From the NCBI GenBank assembly GCA_036620675.1, contig JAZHEE010000010.1: a stretch of 32,000 bases of DNA. One strand, given 5' to 3'. The position numbers and the translations under genes were made by a program. Origin of the DNA: Rosenbergiella sp. YN46 (GTDB lineage Bacteria; Pseudomonadota; Gammaproteobacteria; Enterobacterales; Enterobacteriaceae). The first letter of the stretch is position 1. Each line of letters begins with the position of its first letter. The notes beneath the pieces were generated by a model. That model saw only the letters and a program-made list of their open reading frames with translations. It was not told where the DNA came from and did not search any database. Below are positions 11,879 through 21,587 of this stretch, in pieces.

Positions 11879-11892
11879 AGGAGGGGGAAACG

Positions 11893-12627
11893 ATGTCCAT
11901 ACTTGATCTCACGGCGCTAAACGCCTTACCGAAAGCGCAGCGCGACCAGGCGCTGGCCGACACCAATGCCCAACTGGAGGCGCTAAGCGCTCAGGATCGC
12001 GTGGCATGGGCGCTGGAAAACCTGCCCGGCGAATTTGTGCTGTCGTCGAGCTTCGGCATTCAGGCGGCGGTTTGTCTGCATCTGGTGACCCGGCAGCGGC
12101 CCGATATCCCGGTGATCCTGACCGATACCGGCTACCTGTTTCCAGAAACCTATCGCTTTATCGATGAACTGACCGAAAAGTTAAAGCTGAACCTGAAGGT
12201 GTTTCGGGCCAGTGAAAGCCCCGCCTGGCAGGAAGCGCGCTACGGCAAGCTGTGGGAGCAGGGCGTGGAAGGCATCGAGCGCTACAACCAGATCAACAAA
12301 GTGGAGCCGATGAACCGGGCGCTGGAAAGCCTGGAGGCACAAACCTGGTTCGCCGGCCTGCGCCGCGAGCAGTCTGACAGCCGCGCCAGCCTGCCGGTGC
12401 TGGGCGTCCAGCGTGGGGTATTTAAGATCCTGCCGATTATCGACTGGGATAACCGCACGGTGTACCAGTACCTGAAGCAGCATGACCTGAAATACCACCC
12501 GCTGTGGGACGAAGGCTATCTGTCGGTGGGGGATACCCACACCACCCGCAAGTGGGAGCCAGGCATGGCGGAAGAGGAGACCCGCTTCTTTGGCCTTAAG
12601 CGCGAGTGCGGGCTGCATGAGGGGTAG
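11893..12627 (+). CDS. cysH: Phosphoadenosine phosphosulfate (PAPS) reductase, 244 aa
   Basis: The translation [18 protein letters not shown]...[14 protein letters not shown]...ECGLHEG matches E. coli CysH, including the C-terminal ECGLH motif. Confidence 0.97.
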   Translation: MSILDLTALNALPKAQRDQALADTNAQLEALSAQDRVAWALENLPGEFVLSSSFGIQAAVCLHLVTRQRPDIPVILTDTGYLFPETYRFIDELTEKLKLNLKVFRASESPAWQEARYGKLWEQGVEGIERYNQINKVEPMNRALESLEAQTWFAGLRREQSDSRASLPVLGVQRGVFKILPIIDWDNRTVYQYLKQHDLKYHPLWDEGYLSVGDTHTTRKWEPGMAEEETRFFGLKRECGLHEG

Positions 12628-12630
12628 TGT

Positions 12631-12652
12631 GCTCCCCACGTGAGTGGGGAGC
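12631..12652. terminator. 9-bp GC hairpin between convergent cysH and cas3 (putative bidirectional terminator; CRISPR-repeat-like core)
   Basis: Stem gctccccac / gtggggagc with loop gtga. It has no flanking T or A tract and is the only structure in the 31-nt gap between the two stop codons. Confidence 0.45.
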
Positions 12653-12658
12653 CCTACA

Positions 12659-15370
12659 TCATGCCAGATGTCCGCCGGTCAGCCCAAAACGTTTGCTGTA
12701 ATAAACAGCCTCCCCTTGTGGCGATACCAGAAGTATCTGGGCTATCGGGCGGTGTTGCTGATTACGGAATTGTTCCAGGGACTCATCGTCGGGGAGGTGG
12801 AAGCCGACGGACTTTTTCTGCCACCAGGAAAGGCGTACCGAAAGGCGGCTTTTCTCCCAGCGGTAATCTCCGTCGTTGACTATCGGATGTAAGCGATGAT
12901 CCTCATCCTGCCAGGCAAGATAAACATCAACACTTTCTTCCCCCAGCCGGGTGGAAAATTCGCGCTCGTTGTCCCATAAAAAATCGCTGGACTCCCGGTG
13001 ATATCCTTTATCGCGCTGTAACAGATTCTGTGTTGCGACGGCGCGTTGACTAAGCACTTTGCCAAAATTCATATCTGATATGGTCTGTAAACCGGGCGGT
13101 GCGATAATCTCTTGTTCGTAGACGCCATCGACCAGTGTTCGGGCATATTCCGGCATACGGATTTCCCCATGCTTTTTGAGCAATGCCTGGGTACGCCACA
13201 GGCAGGCGTGGTCGGGATAGACATAACCGGTACCGCGTAACGCTTCTCCCAGCCATCCCGATTTTGCCTCAGGTTGCCATTCAGGTGCCAGAATATGTAA
13301 CACCGGCGGTTGGCGTTCGTCAGGCAGAGAGTCTTTAGGTTGCCCCTGCGCATTGCGAATATGGCGCTGTAATCGGCCCGCTCGTTGGATCAGTAAATCA
13401 ATGGGAGCCAGATCGGAAATCATCCAGTCAAAATCCAGATCCAGACTCTGTTCGACAACCTGGGTGGCGATAAGCACCTTACCGCGACGCTCCTCTGCTG
13501 GTGTACTTTTACCAAACCAGCTCAGCGTCTTTTCCTCTATATTCAGACGATCGACAAAGGCAAAACGGCTGTGAAACAGCAACAAATCCTGAGGAGGTAT
13601 CCCGCCATCATTGAGTAGTTGCTGAAATATATCCAGAGCATCATCGACGGTATTACGGACCCAACAAATGCACTGTCCGGACTCCACGGCCTGCCTGATG
13701 ACCTTTAGTGCATCGGTACGTGTATGCAGCCAGTTAATGGACACGGTGCGCTCTACTTCCGGGCGTGTTTCCAGCGCTTCTTCGTCCAGACCTGTAGCAG
13801 ATAGATGGCTTAGCCAAGGATAACCTGCATCATATCGGGCGTCTGTTGCGGTGAATTCGGCACCGCTATTAAAGGCGTTGAGCAATTTTTCCCGCAGAGA
13901 AGCCGGTAGCGTTGCACTAAGAATAATGGCGCTACCGCCCTGGGCCGCATGAAAGCGGAGTAGTCCTTCCAGTAATTTCACCATATAGCTGTCGTAGGCG
14001 TGCACTTCGTCCAACAATAAAATCTTATCGCGCATGCCTAACAGACGAAGTGACTGATGGCGAAAGGGCATTACCGCCATCAGCAATTGATCGAGCGTCC
14101 CGACGCCGACTTCGGCCAGTAACGCTTTTTTACGGGAATCAGCAAACCAGGCGTGGCATTCAGCCTGGGCACTGGCATCGTTAGCGGCATATCTATCAGC
14201 CGTGCCATCGTCAGGTTGCCACACTGACTCCCTGAACGATGATGACATCTCTCTGCCGCCGTGGGCCAGGATAAGCGAAGGTCTGGTCTGTGGTGAAAAG
14301 AGCGCACGGTAGGCTTTAGCCAGTCGGCTGTACATGGCGTTAGCTGTCGCCATCGTTGGCAGCCCGACGTACAGGCCTGCTCCTTTTCCGGCAGACATCA
14401 GACGGTGGGTCAGGATCACTGCCGCTTCGGTTTTGCCTGCACCGGTTACATCTTCCAGAATAATAAGCTGCGGACCGGGGGCAGTGATATCCAGCGTTGT
14501 CGCCCGTTGTTGGAGTGGTGTCAGATTATGGATAAATGGGAATAGCGTCTGATGCCCGCTATACGGACTATGCTGTGACAGCGGGGGAATCCGCTGAATT
14601 GCCCGCTGCGCGTTTTCGCATGCGATAGGCCAATACTGGTCCAGTGGCATAGGCTCGCTGAGAAGAGGGAATTGCGTTTCGTCTGAACCCATCCAGTCGG
14701 CTAGTGTCATTAGCGCGGCGAAGAACCAGCTATCCAGCCTGAGCTGTTTCTTACCTGCTTTGCGCTGCCATTCCTGAGGTAGGGTAAAGGGAAATAGTCG
14801 GCTTAATTCCTCCAGATAGTGGCCCGCAGCCGCGATATCGGTATCGTCAAAAGCCAGTGAGCATTTGCTGGTTAGCGTATCGGGTGGGATCCCGTGGTGT
14901 CCTGTACTGACGGATATCCAGATATCGAGGGCACTTTTCAACCGGGTACGTTGTTCCCGAGGGATGGCGGGGAGTAGATCGTTACTGCCACTACACCAAC
15001 CTTCAATCAATTTTTGCCATAAATAAAAGCCTAACGAGTCGTGACGCTCCAGGGCCGCAATACCGCTTACCGGAGGAACCAGAGGGGATTTGGGGAAAGG
15101 AGCGTATTGCTGAAATCCCCGAGCGAATTTTCCAATGTCATGACTGGCAAAAAGCCAGGCAATCCAGTTTTCTGCATCCTTGCCTCTGATCCCGTATTTG
15201 CTTAAAACGTCCTGAATACCAAACAGGTTACTTTTAACGATGGCATACCCGCATGCGGCGACATCCAGACAGTGGTAAGGCAGCAGGTGATAGGGGGCAA
15301 GGGTATCATCGCCCGAACGATTAGTTTTTCCCCAATAGCGTAGAAAGTTCGGAACTGTTGTAGCTGTCAT
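12659..15370 (-). CDS. cas3: Type I-E CRISPR-associated nuclease/helicase Cas3, 903 aa
   Basis: It has an N-terminal HD domain (YHCLDVAA...SHDIGKF), a helicase Walker A motif (DVTGAGKTEAA), a DEVH box (LLLDEVHAYD) and a later motif (ATQVVEQSLDLDFD). It lies next to the Cascade genes and is clearly more AT-rich than cysH. Confidence 0.95.
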   Translation of the reverse strand: MTATTVPNFLRYWGKTNRSGDDTLAPYHLLPYHCLDVAACGYAIVKSNLFGIQDVLSKYGIRGKDAENWIAWLFASHDIGKFARGFQQYAPFPKSPLVPPVSGIAALERHDSLGFYLWQKLIEGWCSGSNDLLPAIPREQRTRLKSALDIWISVSTGHHGIPPDTLTSKCSLAFDDTDIAAAGHYLEELSRLFPFTLPQEWQRKAGKKQLRLDSWFFAALMTLADWMGSDETQFPLLSEPMPLDQYWPIACENAQRAIQRIPPLSQHSPYSGHQTLFPFIHNLTPLQQRATTLDITAPGPQLIILEDVTGAGKTEAAVILTHRLMSAGKGAGLYVGLPTMATANAMYSRLAKAYRALFSPQTRPSLILAHGGREMSSSFRESVWQPDDGTADRYAANDASAQAECHAWFADSRKKALLAEVGVGTLDQLLMAVMPFRHQSLRLLGMRDKILLLDEVHAYDSYMVKLLEGLLRFHAAQGGSAIILSATLPASLREKLLNAFNSGAEFTATDARYDAGYPWLSHLSATGLDEEALETRPEVERTVSINWLHTRTDALKVIRQAVESGQCICWVRNTVDDALDIFQQLLNDGGIPPQDLLLFHSRFAFVDRLNIEEKTLSWFGKSTPAEERRGKVLIATQVVEQSLDLDFDWMISDLAPIDLLIQRAGRLQRHIRNAQGQPKDSLPDERQPPVLHILAPEWQPEAKSGWLGEALRGTGYVYPDHACLWRTQALLKKHGEIRMPEYARTLVDGVYEQEIIAPPGLQTISDMNFGKVLSQRAVATQNLLQRDKGYHRESSDFLWDNEREFSTRLGEESVDVYLAWQDEDHRLHPIVNDGDYRWEKSRLSVRLSWWQKKSVGFHLPDDESLEQFRNQQHRPIAQILLVSPQGEAVYYSKRFGLTGGHLA

Positions 15371-15444
15371 CCTTTTGTCCCTTAAGCCATAGATATAATA
15401 GGGATTCTAGTAGGGGATGGTGCGGGGATACAGTATTTTGAGAA

Positions 15445-15473
15445 GGGGTTATCCCCGCTTACGCGGGGAACAT
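15445..15473 (-). repeat. Orphan (solitary) degenerate type I-E CRISPR repeat, in cas3 orientation
   Basis: The minus strand reads atgttccccgcgtaagcggggataacccc, against the array consensus atgttccccgcggcagcggggataaaccg. That is 25 of 29 identical. Two mismatches are in the loop and two in the 3' handle, and the 6-bp stem is intact. Confidence 0.8.
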
Positions 15474-15564
15474 ATTCAATGGTGGTTTCTTTCACGCTTA
15501 CCCATGAGGAAATGATGATGTTGGTTGCATTTCTTTTGTATGGGTTAAGGCGTATCTAGCGTCC

Positions 15565-15588
15565 GGCAGGTCCCTAAAGGGACCTGCC
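15565..15588 (+). other. Perfect 10-bp hairpin immediately upstream of the cse1 ribosome-binding site
   Basis: Stem ggcaggtccc / gggacctgcc with loop taaa. It is followed by ttacaggagagactga and the ATG at 15605. Confidence 0.6.
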
Positions 15589-15604
15589 TTACAGGAGAGA
15601 CTGA

Positions 15605-17164
15605 ATGGATTTAACTAAAGAAAAATGGCTTCCCGTTATCTTCTCCAGTGGTGAAAAAACCAGAATTTCTCTGTCCGGGCTGTTGGACGATAGCATTCAG
15701 GATGTCGCCTGGCCCCGGCCCGATTTTCAGGGGGCGGCATGGCAAATGCTGATTGGTATCCTGCAATGTTGTGTTGCGCCCGAAGATGAGGACGACTGGG
15801 AGGAGGTATGGCATGAGGGCATTGAGGCCGAAGCATGGTCACAGGGGCTGGCTTCCCTTTCTCCGGCGTTACAGTTTGGCGAACAGAAACCTTCCTTTCT
15901 GCAAAGTTTTGAACCGTTGGATAGCGACAACGGTGTGATTTCCGGACTGCTTATTGATGCTCCCGGCGGCAACGCCCTGAAACTTAATAAAGACCATTTC
16001 GTTAAACGCGGCGGCGTAGAACAAATCTGCCCTCACTGTGCGCTGATGGCATTGTTTACTGTACAGACTAACTCCCCGGCAGGCGGTGCAGGTTATCGGG
16101 TGGGAATGCGCGGCGGCGGGCCATTAACGACCCTGGTGATCCCCCGGGAAGAAGATGAGTATCCTCTGTGGAAGAAGCTGTGGCTCAATGTGTTGCCCCA
16201 GGATAGCGCGCCGATACCAGCGCAGTATCCAGTTATCTTCCCCTGGTTGGCGCCGACTAAAACCAGTGAAAAAGCCGGTAACCTGGTGACGCCGGAAAAT
16301 GCTCATCCCTTACAGGCATATTGGGGAATGCCACGCCGTATTGAACTGGATTTTTCCCACACCCGTTCTGGTAGCTGCGATTTGTGTGGTGAATACCATG
16401 AGCAACTGCTGCTGGAAATGCGTAGCAAAAATTACGGCATTCAGTACGATGGTTGGTTACACCCCTTTTCCCCTTATCGCCAGGCGTTGAAAGATCCTTC
16501 AGCCCCCTGGCTGGCATTGAAAGGTCAGCCAGGGGGACTGGCCTATAAAGACTGGCTGGGGTTGTTACTTCAGGGAGAGGATAAATACAATAAGATGCAA
16601 CCTGCGAAGGTGGTTCGTACTGCCAGACGGGAGATTCCTTTAAGTCTGTGGTGTTTTGCCTGGGATATGGACAACGCTAAGGCGCGTTGTTGGTATCAGC
16701 ATCGTATTCCATTGTTTAGCGTTTCTTGCCCTGAAAGCTTTGTTGCTGTGTTACAGCTTGTGCTGTTGCTGGCATCCGATGCGTTATCGTTGCTGAGATA
16801 CGCGCTAAAAAGTGCTCGTTTTGAAAATCCTAAGGAAGCCAAAGTCGATTTCAGTATGGTCGATATCGCTTTTTGGCAGGAGACTGAACCGGCTTTCCGA
16901 ATGTTACTGAAAGTGTTGGTCAGGGAACCTCGCACGACCCATCCCGATACTCGCCAGGCGCTACGCTGCTGGGAAACCAGCCTGTATCACTATCTGTTCA
17001 AAGTTTTCGATCGCGATGAGCTAACCAACCCCGATAGTCCGGACGAGATTCTGCTGCGTCAACTGGAGGCCCGACGGATGTTGGAAAGTAGCTATCGTAA
17101 GCAAAAATCCCGCAAGGATTTCCTGGCGCTGACTAAAGAAGAGAAGGAATCCCTCCATGTCTAA
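15605..17164 (+). CDS. casA: Cascade large subunit Cse1/CasA (Cas8e), 519 aa
   Basis: It is in the first position of the Cascade operon. The N-terminus (KEKWLPV) resembles CasA, and size and synteny fit (cse1-cse2-cas7-cas5-cas6e). The sequence is divergent from K-12 CasA. Confidence 0.9.
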   Translation: MDLTKEKWLPVIFSSGEKTRISLSGLLDDSIQDVAWPRPDFQGAAWQMLIGILQCCVAPEDEDDWEEVWHEGIEAEAWSQGLASLSPALQFGEQKPSFLQSFEPLDSDNGVISGLLIDAPGGNALKLNKDHFVKRGGVEQICPHCALMALFTVQTNSPAGGAGYRVGMRGGGPLTTLVIPREEDEYPLWKKLWLNVLPQDSAPIPAQYPVIFPWLAPTKTSEKAGNLVTPENAHPLQAYWGMPRRIELDFSHTRSGSCDLCGEYHEQLLLEMRSKNYGIQYDGWLHPFSPYRQALKDPSAPWLALKGQPGGLAYKDWLGLLLQGEDKYNKMQPAKVVRTARREIPLSLWCFAWDMDNAKARCWYQHRIPLFSVSCPESFVAVLQLVLLLASDALSLLRYALKSARFENPKEAKVDFSMVDIAFWQETEPAFRMLLKVLVREPRTTHPDTRQALRCWETSLYHYLFKVFDRDELTNPDSPDEILLRQLEARRMLESSYRKQKSRKDFLALTKEEKESLHV

Positions 17165-17759
17165 CGATAACACCGCAAGCGAGCGGAGAATCACCCATCC
17201 AGAGGCGCAAGAAGCGCTGCTGGAATGGTTTAAAATACTGTCCGAACGCTATATCAATAAAAATGATCGAAAGATTAATGGTCGAGCCTGGCGGGCTGAA
17301 CTAAAACGCATGGAGCCTCCTTATGGCGTAATGATGTGTGAAGGCTATAGCGATCTCCGCCAGCGGTTATCGCCGCATATGTCGCTGGCGCCGATTCATG
17401 AAATGGCTCTGGCGGTATTTGCAAGCGTTGCCGTTTATATAAAAAACTATAACGGAAAGGGAAGTTTTGCCGCTCAGTTGGGTGAAAAACTTCGCAGTGA
17501 ACGTCCCTGTTTAAGCAAGCTTCGCTTCGAACGTTTGCAAAAGGCAACCGATCCCGAAACTTTCTGCAACTTGTTAATCAGTGCCGTAAAAATTCGTGGT
17601 ACTGAAGGGGTAAATATTATCTCTCTGGCCGACAGTATTTTTTTGTGGATGGAAGAGTGGCTACGGCGCGAAGAGCATCAGCCGGAAAACAGCCACCCGT
17701 TTGAACGTAACCGTATTCGCTGGGCTAATGAGTACCTCTCTACGGCGCGAACCAAATAA
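17157..17759 (+). CDS. casB: Cascade small subunit Cse2/CasB, 200 aa
   Basis: It is second in the operon and overlaps the cse1 stop by 8 nt. It is a basic helical protein of appropriate size. The assignment rests mainly on position. Confidence 0.85.
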   Translation: MSNDNTASERRITHPEAQEALLEWFKILSERYINKNDRKINGRAWRAELKRMEPPYGVMMCEGYSDLRQRLSPHMSLAPIHEMALAVFASVAVYIKNYNGKGSFAAQLGEKLRSERPCLSKLRFERLQKATDPETFCNLLISAVKIRGTEGVNIISLADSIFLWMEEWLRREEHQPENSHPFERNRIRWANEYLSTARTK

Positions 17760-17780
17760 TGGACTTTGGAAGGATTAATC

Positions 17781-18839
17781 ATGACTACTTTTATTCAACT
17801 GCATTTATTAACCGCATACGCCCCTGCCAACCTGAACCGCGACGAGTCCGGTAGACCAAAAACAGCTTATATGGGGGGCGTGGAGCGTCTGCGGGTGTCG
17901 TCGCAAAGTCTGAAGCGGGCCTGGCGAGTATCGGAAACCTTTGAAGCGGCGATGGATGGTTTTATGGGAAAACGTACGCGTCGTATTGGTGTGGATTATG
18001 TTTATAAGCCGATGACGGTCGCCGGTGTTGCAGAGAAAACGGCAAAGAGCGCGGCGGAAAAAATTGCGGAACAATTCGGTAAACGTAAAAACGATAAAAA
18101 TACCTCGACCGAAAAAAATCTCGAAATCGAACAAATCGTTCACGTCAGCCACCATGAAATCGAACTGATTAATCAACTGGTAAAAACGCTGATTGAGGAG
18201 CAGCGCGTACCGAAGGATGAAGAGGTCAAACTGCTAAGAAAAGAGCAGCGCAGCGTGGATATGGCGTTGTTTGGTCGCATGCTGGCGTCGTCGCCTGAAT
18301 TTAACGTTGAGGCCGCCTGTCAGGTTTCGCATGCGCTGGGGGTAAGTGCTGTTACCGTCGAAGACGATTTTTTTACTGCCGTTGATGATTTGAATAATAA
18401 AGAGCAGGATGCTGGTTCTGGCCATATGGGGGAGCAGAGTTTTGCGTCGGCGCTGTTTTACACCTACATCTGCATTAGTCGCGATCTGCTGGTTGAAAAC
18501 CTGGGCGGCAATGAGGAGCTGGCGAGACGCGCTATCGCTGCCTTGACCGAAACTGCTCTGACGGTATCGCCAACGGGTAAACAAAATAGCTTTGCTTCCC
18601 GGGCTTATGCCTCTTATGCGTTGGCTGAAATCGGTAAAAAGCAGCCTCGTTCACTGGCCGCAGCCTTCTTTCAACCAATTCGTGAGCAGAACCAGATTTT
18701 GGCGGCTATTGACGCTCTGAAGGCGCAGCGGGAGAGTTTTAACAGCGTTTACGGCGACTGTAGTGACGATTACAACGAGCTGAACGTGGTGGAAAGCAAA
18801 GGGAAGCTGACGGAACTACTGGCCTTTGTCAGCCAGTAA
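17781..18839 (+). CDS. casC: Cascade backbone subunit Cas7/CasC (Cse4), 352 aa
   Basis: The translation MTTFIQLHLLTAYAPANLNRDESGRPKTAYMGGVERLRVSSQSLKRAWR parallels E. coli CasC (..LNRDD....GG..R.RISSQSLKRA.R). The motif FTAVDDL is also conserved. I chose the ATG at 17781, which has a Shine-Dalgarno sequence (aagga) 7 nt upstream, over the TTG at 17766. Confidence 0.93.
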   Translation: MTTFIQLHLLTAYAPANLNRDESGRPKTAYMGGVERLRVSSQSLKRAWRVSETFEAAMDGFMGKRTRRIGVDYVYKPMTVAGVAEKTAKSAAEKIAEQFGKRKNDKNTSTEKNLEIEQIVHVSHHEIELINQLVKTLIEEQRVPKDEEVKLLRKEQRSVDMALFGRMLASSPEFNVEAACQVSHALGVSAVTVEDDFFTAVDDLNNKEQDAGSGHMGEQSFASALFYTYICISRDLLVENLGGNEELARRAIAALTETALTVSPTGKQNSFASRAYASYALAEIGKKQPRSLAAAFFQPIREQNQILAAIDALKAQRESFNSVYGDCSDDYNELNVVESKGKLTELLAFVSQ

Positions 18840-18848
18840 GGATTGATT

Positions 18849-19574
18849 ATGAAGGAATATCTGATTTTTCAGCTCTATTCGCCGCTCGCTTCCTGGGGAG
18901 AAGAAGCGTCGGGTGAAATCCGTCATTCGGCTGTGGCACCCACGCGTTCTGCTTTACTGGGATTATTGGCGGCTGCTTTAGGGATTCGTCGGGAAGATGA
19001 AGAGCGGCTAAATGACTTCAACCAGAACTATCATCTGGCCGTACATGCGTTGGCTACCCGGGAACGCTGGTTGCGGGATTATCACACTGTTAGCGCCCCG
19101 CGTGAAAACAAGAAGCTCCATTACTATACTCGTCGTGATGAGCTTTATCTGGCGCCGGACGAGGTCGGTACGTTAATTTCGCAGAGAGAATATCGCTGCG
19201 ATGGTTACTGGCATGTGGCGGTGAGCCTTACACCAGGTGCGCCATATTCTCTTCAGGATCTGAGAAATGCGCTGCTGGAGCCTCATTTTCCTCTCTATTT
19301 AGGCCGCAAATCTTGTCCGCTGGCCCTGCCACTGGCACCTCGTTTAATGAAGGGAAAGCTAAAGGATCTATTTATTCAAATCGCTCAGGAAATGTCTGTG
19401 CCGGAACTGGCAGGTTTTATCCGTCAGGAAGGTATGTGTTACTGGGATGACCCTGATGAAAGTAGTCTTTCCTGGCAGCAGAAACTGCATAGCCCCCACC
19501 AACCAACGAGTCGCAAGCGTTGGCAGTTCGGTAGCTACACCCGTTTTTGTGGTTCGCTACAGGGGAGGGAATAA
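18849..19574 (+). CDS. casD: Cascade subunit Cas5e/CasD, 241 aa
   Basis: The translation MKEYLIFQLYSPLASWGE...RSALLGLLAAALGIRRED...YLGRKSCPL parallels E. coli CasD (YLILRLAGPMQAWG...RSGLLGLLGACLGI...YLGRRSCPL). The ATG at 18849 follows a Shine-Dalgarno sequence (aagga). Confidence 0.93.
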   Translation: MKEYLIFQLYSPLASWGEEASGEIRHSAVAPTRSALLGLLAAALGIRREDEERLNDFNQNYHLAVHALATRERWLRDYHTVSAPRENKKLHYYTRRDELYLAPDEVGTLISQREYRCDGYWHVAVSLTPGAPYSLQDLRNALLEPHFPLYLGRKSCPLALPLAPRLMKGKLKDLFIQIAQEMSVPELAGFIRQEGMCYWDDPDESSLSWQQKLHSPHQPTSRKRWQFGSYTRFCGSLQGRE

Positions 19575-20277
19575 TGTATTTGTCGCGTATTCAGCTCCGG
19601 TTCAATAACCTGAAACCAGAGATGTTGGAAAAATGGCATTCAGCCACTTCCTATGCCAGCCATCAGTGGTTATGGCAGCTATTCCCGGAACAGGAATCCC
19701 GATCGTTTCTTTTCCGCCTGGAGGAACATGGGCGATTCTTTATGTTATCGACTACGCAGCCATTAACGCAGCACGCTCTGTTTATCGTTGAAACTAAGCT
19801 TTTTCAGCCTCAATTGGAAAAGGGGATGTTACTTGATTTTCAGCTACGAGCTAATCCTGTCGTTACACGGAATAACAAACGTAACGATGTCATGATGGAT
19901 GCGAAGTATCAGGCGAAGGCGCAAGGAATTCCCCGTGAGCAGTGGTGGGAGCGGCAACGACAGGCGGCACAGAGTTGGCTGGAAAGACAGGGGGAGCGGC
20001 ATGGTTTTCGTCTGGTCTCGCCACACGTTGACGACTTTGCTCTTTGGGCTGGTGACGCGTTCCAGGACGAACAGGAACGCGGTGGCTGCGTAATAGCATA
20101 CCAACAACATCGATGTATTCGTCGACAGCAGGAAAAACCTATCACTTTTAGTAGCGTCGATTTTTCGGGAACGCTTTGTGTGAGTGATGTCAGGGGGTTT
20201 AACCAGGCCCTGATGTCTGGACTGGGAAAAAGTAAGGCATTGGGTTGTGGAATGTTGATGGTAAAAAGGAAACGTTG

Positions 20278-20278
<1 letters not shown>
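19574..20278 (+). CDS. casE: CRISPR RNA endoribonuclease Cas6e/CasE, 234 aa
   Basis: It starts MYLSRIQL, against E. coli CasE MYLSKVII. It also has the FQLRANP and GLGKSKALGCGML motifs (E. coli GIGPAKSMGCGLL). The start overlaps the cas5 stop (TAATG), so the tracked ORF start at 19547 is an upstream extension. Confidence 0.93.
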
Positions 20279-21491
<1,213 letters not shown>

Positions 21492-21587
21492 GTTATCAAC
21501 TTTTTGATGTTTCTTGATTGTTGGTTAAAAGTTGGTAGAAAGATGCATCCGGAAAAAGCTCTTTAATAACAAGTATATATTTTTAGT
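21492..21587 (+). promoter_or_regulatory. CRISPR leader
   Basis: A 96-bp AT-rich segment between the cas2 stop and the first repeat (…aataacaagtatatatttttagt). This is the same position as the E. coli CRISPR-1 leader. The repeat variants are confined to the far end of the array, which fits leader-proximal acquisition. Confidence 0.8.

Larger units (their letters stand above)
15371..15604. promoter_or_regulatory. Divergent cas3 / cse1 promoter region
   Basis: A 234-bp spacer between the divergently oriented cas3 and cse1. It contains AT-rich stretches (for example catagatataatagg), the orphan repeat and a stable hairpin. Transcription start sites cannot be determined from sequence. Confidence 0.5.

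Noticed and set aside
12640-12892. Small plus-strand ORFs (79 and 82 aa) at the cysH-cas3 junction, examined as possible hok-like toxins because K-12 carries hokX/sokX between cysH and cas3.
   Set aside because: They lie antisense within the cas3 3' coding region. They are not hydrophobic, have no Hok-like features, and no fold-back or antisense RNA architecture is visible.
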